This document shows, one piece after another, positions 40,344 through 50,515 of a stretch of DNA of 64,000 nucleotides. The stretch comes from Rhodothermales bacterium (GTDB taxonomy: Bacteria; Bacteroidota; Rhodothermia; Rhodothermales; JANQRZ01). Position 1 is the stretch's first letter. Each line of letters opens with the position of its first letter. Location of the stretch: NCBI GenBank assembly GCA_028284265.1, contig JANQRZ010000024.1, positions 64,132 through 128,131 of the forward strand, given 5' to 3'. Both the position numbers and the translations under genes were made by a program. The notes under the pieces were generated by a model. The model worked only from the letters and a program-made list of their open reading frames with translations. It made no database searches and was not told the origin of the DNA.

Positions 40344-40558
40344 GGTAGGCCCTAGCGCGCAGTCGGTACCGTGTTATCTTGACGCGGTGGTCGCTCTGGT
40401 GTACCTGTCGGGGGCCGGTTCGGATATATTACGACGTGAGCGTGCCTGCCAACCTCAGTGCGCCGGTTGCTCTGTTCTAAGCACAGTGTACGCCGGTGTC
40501 GCTGCTCTCGGAAGAGCTAGACCATCGTTGTCCACAACGTAATCGAGTTTGTACAGTC

Positions 40559-41059
40559 ATGAAGGTTAACAACAACGCACCGGACAAGGTGAGACCTCGC
40601 CCCGGCGTCGCCTCCCGCATCAAGGCCGCTTTCGGCAGGCTCGGGACGTTCACCGGAAGAGTAGCGCGAGGGGACGGAGGGTTCACGCTTCCCGAACTTC
40701 TGATCGTGCTGGTCATCGTCGGCATTCTCGCGGTACTTGCCATTCCCCGGTTCTTCAGCGTCACCGCGCGGGCCAAGATGGCCGAGGCGAAACTCATGCT
40801 GCGCCAGGTCTACACGCTCCAGGAGGCCTACTACTACGAGTACGACCGCTACGCCTCTGATCTGACGGCGCTCGGGTTCGAGCAGACTCGGCTGATCACC
40901 GAGGACGGCACGGCGCGCTACCTGATCGGCATCGAAGAGGCCGACGGCGTAGGGTTTATCGCTGCTGCGACGGCAGTAGTGGATTTCGACAAGGACGGCA
41001 CGTTCAACGTGTGGGAGGTCGACGCCGAGGGTGTGATCCGGCAGCGCGTGGCCGACTAA
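40559..41059 (+). CDS. Type IV pilin / T2SS pseudopilin with prepilin N-terminal motif
   Basis: The class III signal GG|FTLPELLIVLVIVGILAVLAIPRF has Glu at +5. It is preceded by an unusually long leader, 41 aa from the ATG or 31 aa from an in-frame GTG. Confidence 0.8.
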   Translation: MKVNNNAPDKVRPRPGVASRIKAAFGRLGTFTGRVARGDGGFTLPELLIVLVIVGILAVLAIPRFFSVTARAKMAEAKLMLRQVYTLQEAYYYEYDRYASDLTALGFEQTRLITEDGTARYLIGIEEADGVGFIAAATAVVDFDKDGTFNVWEVDAEGVIRQRVAD

Positions 41060-41147
41060 GCTGTTCCACGATGTATCCTGAGTGATCGCCTCGCATAGAG
41101 CGTCCTCTTGCCAAGCTGATTCACCCGCTCAAACGGAGGTGCACACG

Positions 41148-41723
41148 ATGGAGCTTACCCGCGTGCGTGGCGGCTACAGCCTACAGCCCATACTGTGGGT
41201 GGCTCCGGTACTACTCGCTTTCCCGTTCCTACGTAGCCCCGAGTCGCTAGAGTATTTCCGAACGGCCCTCCTGCTGTGGCTCCTCGGGTGGGCCGCCGTG
41301 AGCGATCTCCGGCATGGAACGATTCCCAACTGGTTGAACGCTCTCGGAGGAGTCTTCGCACTCATGCCTGCCGTTGCCGGAGGAACTGGGAGGCTGGGGG
41401 CTGCTTTGGTGGGTGGCGTCGCCTGTGGCCTTGCGCTCCTCGGGGTGCGTGCGTTTGGGTATCTCATGGCCCGGCAACCGGGCATGGGCTACGGCGATGT
41501 TAAACTCGGCGCGGTCGTCGGTCTACTTCTCGGATGGAGCGGCTTGTGGGCACTCTACCTCGGGGCGGTCCTGGCAGGCGTCGTCGGAGTCGTGGGAATC
41601 ACCGTTGGCCGGATAGCCAGGCGTGAGCGAATCCCATTTGCGCCCTTCATTGCGCTCGGGGTCGTGGTCCACCTCTTCTGGCTTCCAGCGGAGCGCGTGT
41701 TCTCCTGGCTACTATGGCTGTGA
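41148..41723 (+). CDS. Prepilin peptidase (A24 family), short form without N-terminal methyltransferase region
   Basis: This polytopic membrane protein has the two Asp motifs AAVSDLRHGTIPN and GMGYGDVKLGAVVG. It is only ~191 aa from MELTRV. The ATG at 41148 is preceded by GGAGGT. Confidence 0.8.
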   Translation: MELTRVRGGYSLQPILWVAPVLLAFPFLRSPESLEYFRTALLLWLLGWAAVSDLRHGTIPNWLNALGGVFALMPAVAGGTGRLGAALVGGVACGLALLGVRAFGYLMARQPGMGYGDVKLGAVVGLLLGWSGLWALYLGAVLAGVVGVVGITVGRIARRERIPFAPFIALGVVVHLFWLPAERVFSWLLWL

Positions 41724-43210
41724 CTGCCAACTCATCTAGTACGAGTAGATGTCGTGCTATCCGGTCGGAAGACGGCTCGGCCATCGTGATGGTGCTCGTG
41801 ATGCTCGTCGTCGTGACAACGCTCACAGGGACCGTCATGCTCGTCTACCTAGCGCAGCACCGGTTTGTCGTGCGGGACATGGAGCGCCTCCAGGCGGTCT
41901 ACGCTGCCGAGGCGGCGGTCTATGCCGCTGTTGATCGCTTCGAGGCCGACCCGGCGTGGCGCGCCGACCAAGAGACGCTAGAGATCGCAGGGATTACGCA
42001 AAACGCGAGAAGTTTGCCGGGCGCACCTACTGTCGCTACGGGTACCCGTGTCCCGCAACTTACCGTCACGGCGCGCGCGCTGGGGGGCTATCTCCAGGTC
42101 CACGCCACGGCAGAGCAGGGCCATGCCCGCGCTACGGTCCAAGCGTTGTTTGGGCAGGAACCTTTCGAGCCTTTCGAGCACGCCGTTGTTTTCGGCGATA
42201 CCACGACGGCGCTCGTTTTAGCCGGACGGACGCAGGTCACAGGAGGTATTCTCACGGGGCTAAAGGGGGTACGCACGGCTCCGCTCCGCCGCCATCCCTT
42301 CACAGGAGCCTTCCGGGGGCGTGTGCACCGGCGGCGTGATCCCCTCCCAGAACTCGATAGCCGCCTTTTCGCCGAGACCGTAGAACGGTTTGAGGGCTAC
42401 CTCGCGATGCTCCCAGACTCGCTCTCCCGCTTCCCCGAGGTATGGACTGGAGGCGGGAGTATGGCGGAGGAGCGGCTTTTTGCCGACTCCCTCGCATTGC
42501 TTCAGGCTGGGGATGGTACGGTTCTCTCGGAGGCCGATTCTGCTCTCTTAGCGCACCCCGTATTTCTCGTTGCTGCAGGCGACGTGACGCTTACCGGAGC
42601 CGTGCGCTTGGCCCCCGGCAGTACCGTGGTAGTCGGCGGCGTACTTCGGATTCCGGGGGCACTCTTGGCTGACGATTGCATGCTCTTTGCAGACCGCGTA
42701 CTGGTTTCTGGCCCGTCTGAATTGTCGGGGCAGATTCTTGCCCGTCGGGCCATTGAGCTAGACGGAGGGGCGTACTTGCGCGACCCCTCGGTGGTCTACA
42801 TCGCCGCCGAGGGCACGCGTGGCCCACGCGAGGACCGAATCGAGATTGGCCGTGCGGTGGTAGACGGGACGGTAGTCTACCCCCCTTACGAAAGTAGGTC
42901 TCAAGTTGAGGGTGCGCCTCCTCGCGGAGAGCCAACGCGGGTGGTGCTCGGCACTCAGTCTAGGGTGCGCGGCAGCGTCTACAACGCCCGGAAGACCGAG
43001 GCCGAGGGGCAAGTTGCAGGGACGCTTCTTACCCACGAGACGTACCTCTATGAGTCTCCGGTGTCCTACCAGGGCTGGCTAAGCAGCCCGGTCCTCGACC
43101 GCGAGGCCCGACCCGATCCGTATGTTCTGCCACTTGTATTTCCCCGCCGCTCCCGAGCAGTACCTCTCCACTGGACAGAGTCCACCGAACTGGTATCTGT
43201 TAATCCATGA
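41714..43210 (+). CDS. Large PilX/GspK-like minor pilin candidate
   Basis: The N-terminus RSEDG|SAIVMVLVMLVVVTTLTGTVMLVY resembles PilX_N/GspK hydrophobic N-termini. The ~450-aa C-terminal region has repetitive V-x-G-x-V/L stretches suggestive of a beta-helix. It overlaps the peptidase gene by 10 nt. Confidence 0.45.
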   Translation: MAVTANSSSTSRCRAIRSEDGSAIVMVLVMLVVVTTLTGTVMLVYLAQHRFVVRDMERLQAVYAAEAAVYAAVDRFEADPAWRADQETLEIAGITQNARSLPGAPTVATGTRVPQLTVTARALGGYLQVHATAEQGHARATVQALFGQEPFEPFEHAVVFGDTTTALVLAGRTQVTGGILTGLKGVRTAPLRRHPFTGAFRGRVHRRRDPLPELDSRLFAETVERFEGYLAMLPDSLSRFPEVWTGGGSMAEERLFADSLALLQAGDGTVLSEADSALLAHPVFLVAAGDVTLTGAVRLAPGSTVVVGGVLRIPGALLADDCMLFADRVLVSGPSELSGQILARRAIELDGGAYLRDPSVVYIAAEGTRGPREDRIEIGRAVVDGTVVYPPYESRSQVEGAPPRGEPTRVVLGTQSRVRGSVYNARKTEAEGQVAGTLLTHETYLYESPVSYQGWLSSPVLDREARPDPYVLPLVFPRRSRAVPLHWTESTELVSVNP

Positions 43211-43437
43211 CTCTTTGGTCTCTTATACCAAGCTTCCTAAGACGACGAACGGAGGACTGTACAGTACGAAGCCTCCGTCCGTCTATAGGCACCCAGCCGA
43301 CCGAGCATGGTCATTCGATCAGGTGGTTTCAATCGACTCGGCACGGCCTGCCCGGACAACACGGCGGGGGCACTACTTCAGGTTCTAGCGAGGTCCGATC
43401 AAGGGGCGCTCCTAGAGCAATAGACCAAAGCCGAAGT

Positions 43438-43848
43438 ATGGACATAGTCTGGAGTGAGCGCGGGTACACGGTCGCCGAATCTGCTGTTGCGCTCGCGCTT
43501 CTTCTCACAGTTCTCGTTCCGGCAGTAGGTACACTTACCTACCTCGTAACCCAGAAACGGACGGAGCACCGAATGGAAGCCCTCGTTTTTGCCCGGCACG
43601 AGATGGAACAGACGCTGGCCGCCGAGCGCTTCGAACCTGCTGTGCGCCAGGACGGAGCGTGGCGCACGGTGCGAGACATAGACAGTCAGGATGGCTTGGT
43701 GGTGATAACACTCAGCGTGTACCGAGCGCCGAGGGGCGACGCTACCGGCGAAAGCGCAGGGGGCGAAGGCGTTAGGGCGAGGGCTCCGCTCGTAGTCCTC
43801 CGAACCGCGCGGCAAGAGAAGGGCGAACCCTTGGGGGCGAGCCCATGA
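43438..43848 (+). CDS. Minor pseudopilin
   Basis: MDIVWSERG|YTVAESAVALALLLTVLVPAV is a prepilin-like motif with Glu at +5. The track ORF opens at 43207, but the upstream part lacks coding character. Confidence 0.55.
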   Translation: MDIVWSERGYTVAESAVALALLLTVLVPAVGTLTYLVTQKRTEHRMEALVFARHEMEQTLAAERFEPAVRQDGAWRTVRDIDSQDGLVVITLSVYRAPRGDATGESAGGEGVRARAPLVVLRTARQEKGEPLGASP

Positions 43849-44504
43849 GTCCAAGAGAGCTTTTAAGCCAAGAAACGCAAGGCCTCGTGTCTGACGCTCA
43901 CGGCACCGATTCCGAGGCGGGGTTTACGCTCGTCGAGGTCGTCGTGGCGACGATGCTTGCCACGCTCGTGGCAGGGCTCGTCCTTACAACTTACATTCTG
44001 GCCGCAGGGTATGTCACTCGCTGGCAGACCGGCCTTGCGGCTGAGAACGCGCTCCACGTCGTGCAGGAGCGCCTCGCAGCCGATCTCCGGCGGGCTGAGC
44101 GCGTCGTCTGGGCCGAGTGGTTAGGGGCAGATGCACGCTCTGAGGCACAGAATCGCCTGGAATTGGTCAAGCACGACTCTATGCGCCTGGTGTACGAGGT
44201 ACACGACAGCGTGCTCGTACGAAACGCCCGCCCCATGCACGGCCCGGAACTACGAGTTGCCGACTTCGACGTAACGGTTTATGGAAGCGGGGAGGTGGAC
44301 GGAAGCACGCGGCCCGAACGCCAGGACAATTTTGCTTCCTCGGGTAGCTTAGCTCCGCTCAGTCTTGCTACCTCCGAGGAGCACCCCGTCTACGTAGAGG
44401 TTCGACTCGGCTGGGTACGCGAAGCTGAAACATCTTCTGCCGTCCTCAGTGCTCATTTTCGAAGTCCGCACCGGTGGGCGCCTGAATATTCTTCGTCCCG
44501 ATAA
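43845..44504 (+). CDS. Minor pseudopilin with prepilin N-terminal cleavage/methylation motif
   Basis: ...TDSEAG|FTLVEVVVATMLATLVAGLVLTTYIL. The leader is 26 aa. There is an ATGA overlap with the previous gene. Confidence 0.7.
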   Translation: MSPRELLSQETQGLVSDAHGTDSEAGFTLVEVVVATMLATLVAGLVLTTYILAAGYVTRWQTGLAAENALHVVQERLAADLRRAERVVWAEWLGADARSEAQNRLELVKHDSMRLVYEVHDSVLVRNARPMHGPELRVADFDVTVYGSGEVDGSTRPERQDNFASSGSLAPLSLATSEEHPVYVEVRLGWVREAETSSAVLSAHFRSPHRWAPEYSSSR

Positions 44505-44557
44505 ACATGGACTCAGCCGCTTTCCAAGGCGACAAGCCAAAGGCTCCCTGAACTCGT

Positions 44558-45766
44558 ATGCCGAAACTCCCTCGCGCCGTCCAAGAGCGCGCCGGTCGGA
44601 CATCGAGTCGGGCACCGCGCAAGGCTGGCTCCTATGCGGCGCTCGCTCTGCAAAGGAGCCAGCAGGGGGAACGGGCGAGTCAAGCTGTTCCTGAGACGAC
44701 GGGAGTATTGGAGACACTTAGAGCTGGTCGGAAGCCTCCTGTGCGCGCCGTGGTAGAGTTCACCCGGAGCCTCGCCGTCATGGTAAGCGCCCGGATTCCC
44801 GTGGTCGAAGCGCTGGAGACAGCCGCTCGACAGGTCGAGCACACGGCTCTCCAGACGACCCTTGCTGGGGTCGCCGAACGAGTGAGGAGCGGTGACAGCC
44901 TCTCGCTGGCCCTCGCCCAGCACCCGGAAATCTTCAGTGTGCTCTACGTGCACCTCGTCAGGGTAGGAGAGGTCGCAGGGCTTCTCGACCAGATGCTCTT
45001 GCGCCTTGCGGCCTACCTCGAAAACGAGCAGGTGCTTCGCCGTCGCCTCCGGCTTGCGATTGCCTACCCGGCGGTCGTCTTGGCTGTGACGGTCGGCGCA
45101 ACTGCTTTTCTACTGGCGGTCATCATTCCAACCTTTGCCGAGATGTTCGCCGACTTCGGAGCAGAGCTTCCGGCCCCGACACTCGCCGTAATTGCGGCCT
45201 CGGACTTTCTGCGCCGTTACGCGCTCGTGCTCGCGCTCTTCGGTATAGTGCTCGTCTTCTTGGTGCGCCGCGTCTTGGCAACGGATAAAGGAGCCGTTCG
45301 TTGGGACCAATTCAAGCTGCGCGTCCCGGTCATAGGCACGCTCTACCGCAAGGCACTCACCGCACGCTTCTGCAGCACGCTCGGCACGCTCGTCTCAAGC
45401 GGCGTTCCGCTCACGGAGGCGCTCGACGTCACGGCGGGAGCGGTAAACAACCGGGTCGTCGAGCGCGTGGTGCGCGAGATGAAGCGCCGAGTCACCCGGG
45501 GAAGCAGTCTCGCTGGTCCGCTCGAAACCGCCAGCGTATTCCCTCCGATGGTGGTTCAGATGGTCGCTGTTGGCGAGGAGACCGCTCGGCTCGGGGAGAT
45601 GCTAGCCCATGTAGCAGGGCACTTCGAGACGGAGGTTGATACCGCAGTTGACGCGCTGACGTCGGTCATCGAGCCGGTCATGATTGTACTGCTCGGCATT
45701 GTGCTTGGCGCAATTCTCATCTCGATTTATCTCCCAATGTTCGACCTAACCACGGCGATTCAGTGA
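44558..45766 (+). CDS. T2SS/T4P inner-membrane platform protein (GspF/PilC family)
   Basis: Two T2SSF repeats are present (FTRSLAVMVSARIPVVEALE..., FCSTLGTLVSSGVPLTEALD...) with three TM segments. The C-terminus IYLPMFDL is typical of the family. Confidence 0.9.
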   Translation: MPKLPRAVQERAGRTSSRAPRKAGSYAALALQRSQQGERASQAVPETTGVLETLRAGRKPPVRAVVEFTRSLAVMVSARIPVVEALETAARQVEHTALQTTLAGVAERVRSGDSLSLALAQHPEIFSVLYVHLVRVGEVAGLLDQMLLRLAAYLENEQVLRRRLRLAIAYPAVVLAVTVGATAFLLAVIIPTFAEMFADFGAELPAPTLAVIAASDFLRRYALVLALFGIVLVFLVRRVLATDKGAVRWDQFKLRVPVIGTLYRKALTARFCSTLGTLVSSGVPLTEALDVTAGAVNNRVVERVVREMKRRVTRGSSLAGPLETASVFPPMVVQMVAVGEETARLGEMLAHVAGHFETEVDTAVDALTSVIEPVMIVLLGIVLGAILISIYLPMFDLTTAIQ

Positions 45767-46022
45767 GCAAGGAATCATGCTACCCTCCTAAGGATGCTTT
45801 TGCACACGATTCGTGTTAGGATGGTTTAAGGAATGCTTCTAAGCAGGGCTGTTGCCAGAGCAGGTTTCTGGTTTCTAAGCGCTGATTGCCCAGCGATGGT
45901 CTCTGGATCGAGGTCGTCCCCGCGCGCGACCTAAGGTCTGTATCAATGACATTCGCCATCGCAATAGAGTGATCAGACAAAGTTGAAGTTGCTTCCTATG
46001 CCCTTGCGCCGAGCCACCTCGG

Positions 46023-47159
46023 ATGTATCCTTGCCACCGAACCCTTGTACTTCTCAGCGCTCCCGCCATGCGCCACCTCGTTGACTACACCGTGACTAGC
46101 CAGTCTCCGCTCGTGACTGAGCGCCTCGACTCCTTCCGTGTCCTTGACCACATTTTCCACAGGTGCTCACGATGGCTGCGCCACGAGCGTGACTTGGCTA
46201 GGCAGCGCATCGTTTCCGAACGGAGCGCGTACGAAGACAAGAGAAAGAGCCTCAATATGGGCGCGTCAACCGACTGCACGATTGCTCAGTCCGAAGCGTT
46301 GCGGGGCGCTCTCAGAGCGAGCCCTAGTTGGTCGCACCAGGCAGACGGTAAGACGGAGGCGGAATCTCACATCACCTCAACCCTGACCAATATTGGTCAA
46401 AGTTCACGTTCTGAAGAGCGGCAGATCCGCATGAAGCTCGCTGCTGACCTTGACGCTCTAGAGAAAGAACACAAGCGAACTCTGGCAAGACTCGAAGCCG
46501 AGGAACGGGCCCTAAGCGCCGATCAAACGCGCCTGCAGATCGAGCTAGCGAATCTGAAAGCCTGCCGGTCGTCGCTACAAGAGTTGCAGATTGCTCCCGA
46601 GGGGCTGGCACCGTGGGATGCGGAGTTCCTTGCATCGTCGGCTGTTCTGAGCGAAGCACGCCGCGCCATCGAAGCGTGCTCTGTAGCGGCCAAGATGGCT
46701 AAGTTTCTCGGCATAGATGACCTCCGTGGTGCGGGTCTGGACGTACGCAGGATGATCTCACGAGAGGATTCGGCTACAGTCATTGATGCTCTTGCCAAGG
46801 AAGTAGATACGAAGACCACGGTCTCGCAAGATCAGAGGGCTGCCTTGCCTGTTGCTCTGTCTCCGGTTGAGCGGAGGAAAGGAGCACCGGTTGATGATGA
46901 GAATCCCATGATGACAGCAACGGAGGTGGCTGCCCGCTTCCGCGAGCGGCTCGGTGTCTCGCGCTCGGCCTTCTACCGCCGGTTCCGCCGCCTGCTGCGT
47001 GCAGTCGAGCTCGATGGAGGCGAGATCACGCGCTACACCGATGGGCTGTACTACTGGACGGAGACGCCAGGAGTGAAGCGATTCCGTCGGGTAGAGGTGG
47101 AGGCATTGATGGCCTACCTAGAGTCGGGCGGAGGAGGCAAGCGCCGTGTACGGCGGTAA
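46023..47159 (+). CDS. Hypothetical coiled-coil protein with C-terminal excisionase/MerR-like HTH
   Basis: The central part is a coiled coil (LEKEHKRTLARLEAEERALSADQTRLQIELANLKA). The C-terminus MMTATEVAARFRERLGVSRSAFYRRFRR...RFRRVEVEALMAYL resembles HTH_17/Xis-type DNA-binding domains. The start is uncertain. Confidence 0.4.
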   Translation: MYPCHRTLVLLSAPAMRHLVDYTVTSQSPLVTERLDSFRVLDHIFHRCSRWLRHERDLARQRIVSERSAYEDKRKSLNMGASTDCTIAQSEALRGALRASPSWSHQADGKTEAESHITSTLTNIGQSSRSEERQIRMKLAADLDALEKEHKRTLARLEAEERALSADQTRLQIELANLKACRSSLQELQIAPEGLAPWDAEFLASSAVLSEARRAIEACSVAAKMAKFLGIDDLRGAGLDVRRMISREDSATVIDALAKEVDTKTTVSQDQRAALPVALSPVERRKGAPVDDENPMMTATEVAARFRERLGVSRSAFYRRFRRLLRAVELDGGEITRYTDGLYYWTETPGVKRFRRVEVEALMAYLESGGGGKRRVRR

Positions 47160-47470
47160 ATCGATGGGTGGCCTGCAAGGACGATAGACGGGGCGAAAAC
47201 GCTTGTCAGTAGCATGTGTCAGAGCGGGGAACTGGAAGGACGTCGGTCCGAGAGCGACATCGCACGCGCTCTTAGAGGTGCATCTGGGACAAAGTGGGAC
47301 TTGATGGGACAGCATAGGATGCGGTCGGACGAGCGGGGACGCGGGCGGACACCGCTGGATGCGACGCGAGGAGACAAAACCCCCGGCACGATCAGAAGAT
47401 TTTCGTCACGCCTTGCATATTGCAATGCGTAATGATTATCATGTGTCAGCAAGGTTTACTCCTTACTCCC

Positions 47471-47779
47471 ATGCGCACACAACCTCTTTCTCCTGACGAG
47501 ATTCGTCAACTCCGCGAGGATATGGGCCAGAGTCGTACGCAGTTCGGCTTCTTCTTCGGACGTGACCAGGCCACGATATACCGATGGGAAACCGGTGCCC
47601 TGACACCAGATCCGGGTTCCGCTGCCGCGCTTGTCCGGTTGTGGAATGACGTGTACGGTCGCTTTGGCACACAGGACAAGCGTGAAACGAGTTCGTTCAA
47701 TGCTTTTGTCTCAGGGCTAATCGCGGGGGGGCTCTTCATGTACCTGATTTCACTCGGACGGGAAGATGAAGATGAGTAA
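47471..47779 (+). CDS. XRE-like HTH protein with C-terminal TM helix
   Basis: LSPDEIRQLREDMGQSRTQFGFFFGRDQATIYRWETG is HTH-like. The C-terminal FVSGLIAGGLFMYLISL is hydrophobic. The start was chosen at MRTQPLSP. Confidence 0.5.
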   Translation: MRTQPLSPDEIRQLREDMGQSRTQFGFFFGRDQATIYRWETGALTPDPGSAAALVRLWNDVYGRFGTQDKRETSSFNAFVSGLIAGGLFMYLISLGREDEDE

Positions 47780-48035
47780 TGAGCCTTTTGATCCTCCTAC
47801 CGCCAATGAGCGGAAGGTGCTTCGTTGGCTGCGCCGCGTGCTCCAGCCGACCACGCGCACGATTACGCTCTATGCTCGTAATGGAGTGATCGACAGGGCT
47901 GAAGCCGAGGAGCGGATATCAGACCGTCGCCGCGTGCACGACATTCTGAGAGAGGCGGATCACCAAGACGTCATTATCAAGCGCCAAGACGGCAGGGACA
48001 CAACGATCATTCGGCGCTTGAAAGAAAAGCTGTGA
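47766..48035 (+). CDS. Hypothetical small protein
   Basis: An 89-aa ORF overlaps the previous gene end by 14 nt. No motif was recognised. Confidence 0.3.
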   Translation: MKMSNEPFDPPTANERKVLRWLRRVLQPTTRTITLYARNGVIDRAEAEERISDRRRVHDILREADHQDVIIKRQDGRDTTIIRRLKEKL

Positions 48036-48231
48036 TATGCTGACTGGAACTTCCAGAGGCTACTTCTCGCACCCGAGTACTGACCGGACGTCCCGGAGGT
48101 GCTCTCCTAGTGCGGATTCATGCTCTCGCTCAAGCAGTGCAAGGCAATCCTAAACGCTGGACCTCGTCGGTACGATGATGACGAGGTCCGAGCCATTCGT
48201 GATTTCCTCTACGCCCTCGGCCACCTCGACT

Positions 48232-49839
<1,608 letters not shown>

Positions 49840-49910
49840 ACCGCAGCATACCATCAGGGCCAGAGGGCTGTTCCAGCGTTCGTTGAAGCGTACTCGAAGA
49901 GTGCGACCGA

Positions 49911-50396
49911 CTAGGCGTCTAGCTCCGGAGGGCAGGCGAGCGGGTGGGGGACCGGCTCGCCGTTGGCCTGCTGGCGGACGCGGTAGGCGTAGGTGTGCAT
50001 CGCTGCCAACTCTTCGGGCGTAATGCCTAACTCGCTACGCACCTTGTCCAGCGTCTGTGGTTCGCCCGGTTCGATCTCATCGTCGGCGAGGGCCACATCC
50101 ACGAGGTTCAGCATGAGCGCGCGGCGGATGGGCTCGTCGGTGTCGCGGAGGATGTCGAGGCACGTCTCCAGCGAGGGCGGCGAGATGCTGAGGGCGAACG
50201 CGCGCTGGCGGGCATCCTCAGAGAGGGCATCGAGGCGGAGCGATTCGAGGATTAGCTGAGACTCGCGCTCGTCGATGGAATTGTCAGCCGCGGCGAGGGC
50301 AAAGAGGGCGCCGTAGAAGGCGAGTTGCTGCCGCTCGGTGAGGCCGGACAGATCGAGGACGGAAGGAGCAGGAGCGGACATCGTTTCGGTCATCAA
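49911..50396 (-). CDS. TerB-like (tellurite-resistance TerB fold) small protein
   Basis: The protein is acidic and helical, with a pattern (FYGALFALAAADNSIDERE...LMLNLVDVALADDEIEPGE) recalling TerB/DUF533-type domains. The call is from memory only. Confidence 0.4.
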   Translation of the reverse strand: MMTETMSAPAPSVLDLSGLTERQQLAFYGALFALAAADNSIDERESQLILESLRLDALSEDARQRAFALSISPPSLETCLDILRDTDEPIRRALMLNLVDVALADDEIEPGEPQTLDKVRSELGITPEELAAMHTYAYRVRQQANGEPVPHPLACPPELDA

Positions 50397-50515
50397 AGCG
50401 GGAAGGGGAGTCGATTCAGAGGAGACAATTAAGATACGGATGCCGGGCGCTTTGGGGTAACAGCCTCGGCATCACATTCCATCTCTGAGAACGTGCTCTA
50501 GGTGGGTGCTATTGC

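Noticed and set aside
45870-45900. Possible attL: an 8-nt match (CGCTGATT) to the tRNA-Lys anticodon-arm region at the left side of the integrative module
   Set aside because: An 8-nt match is expected by chance in 64 kb. The flanking sequence shows no tRNA T-arm or acceptor remnant (no GGTTCGA-type motif). It is therefore not accepted as an attachment site.
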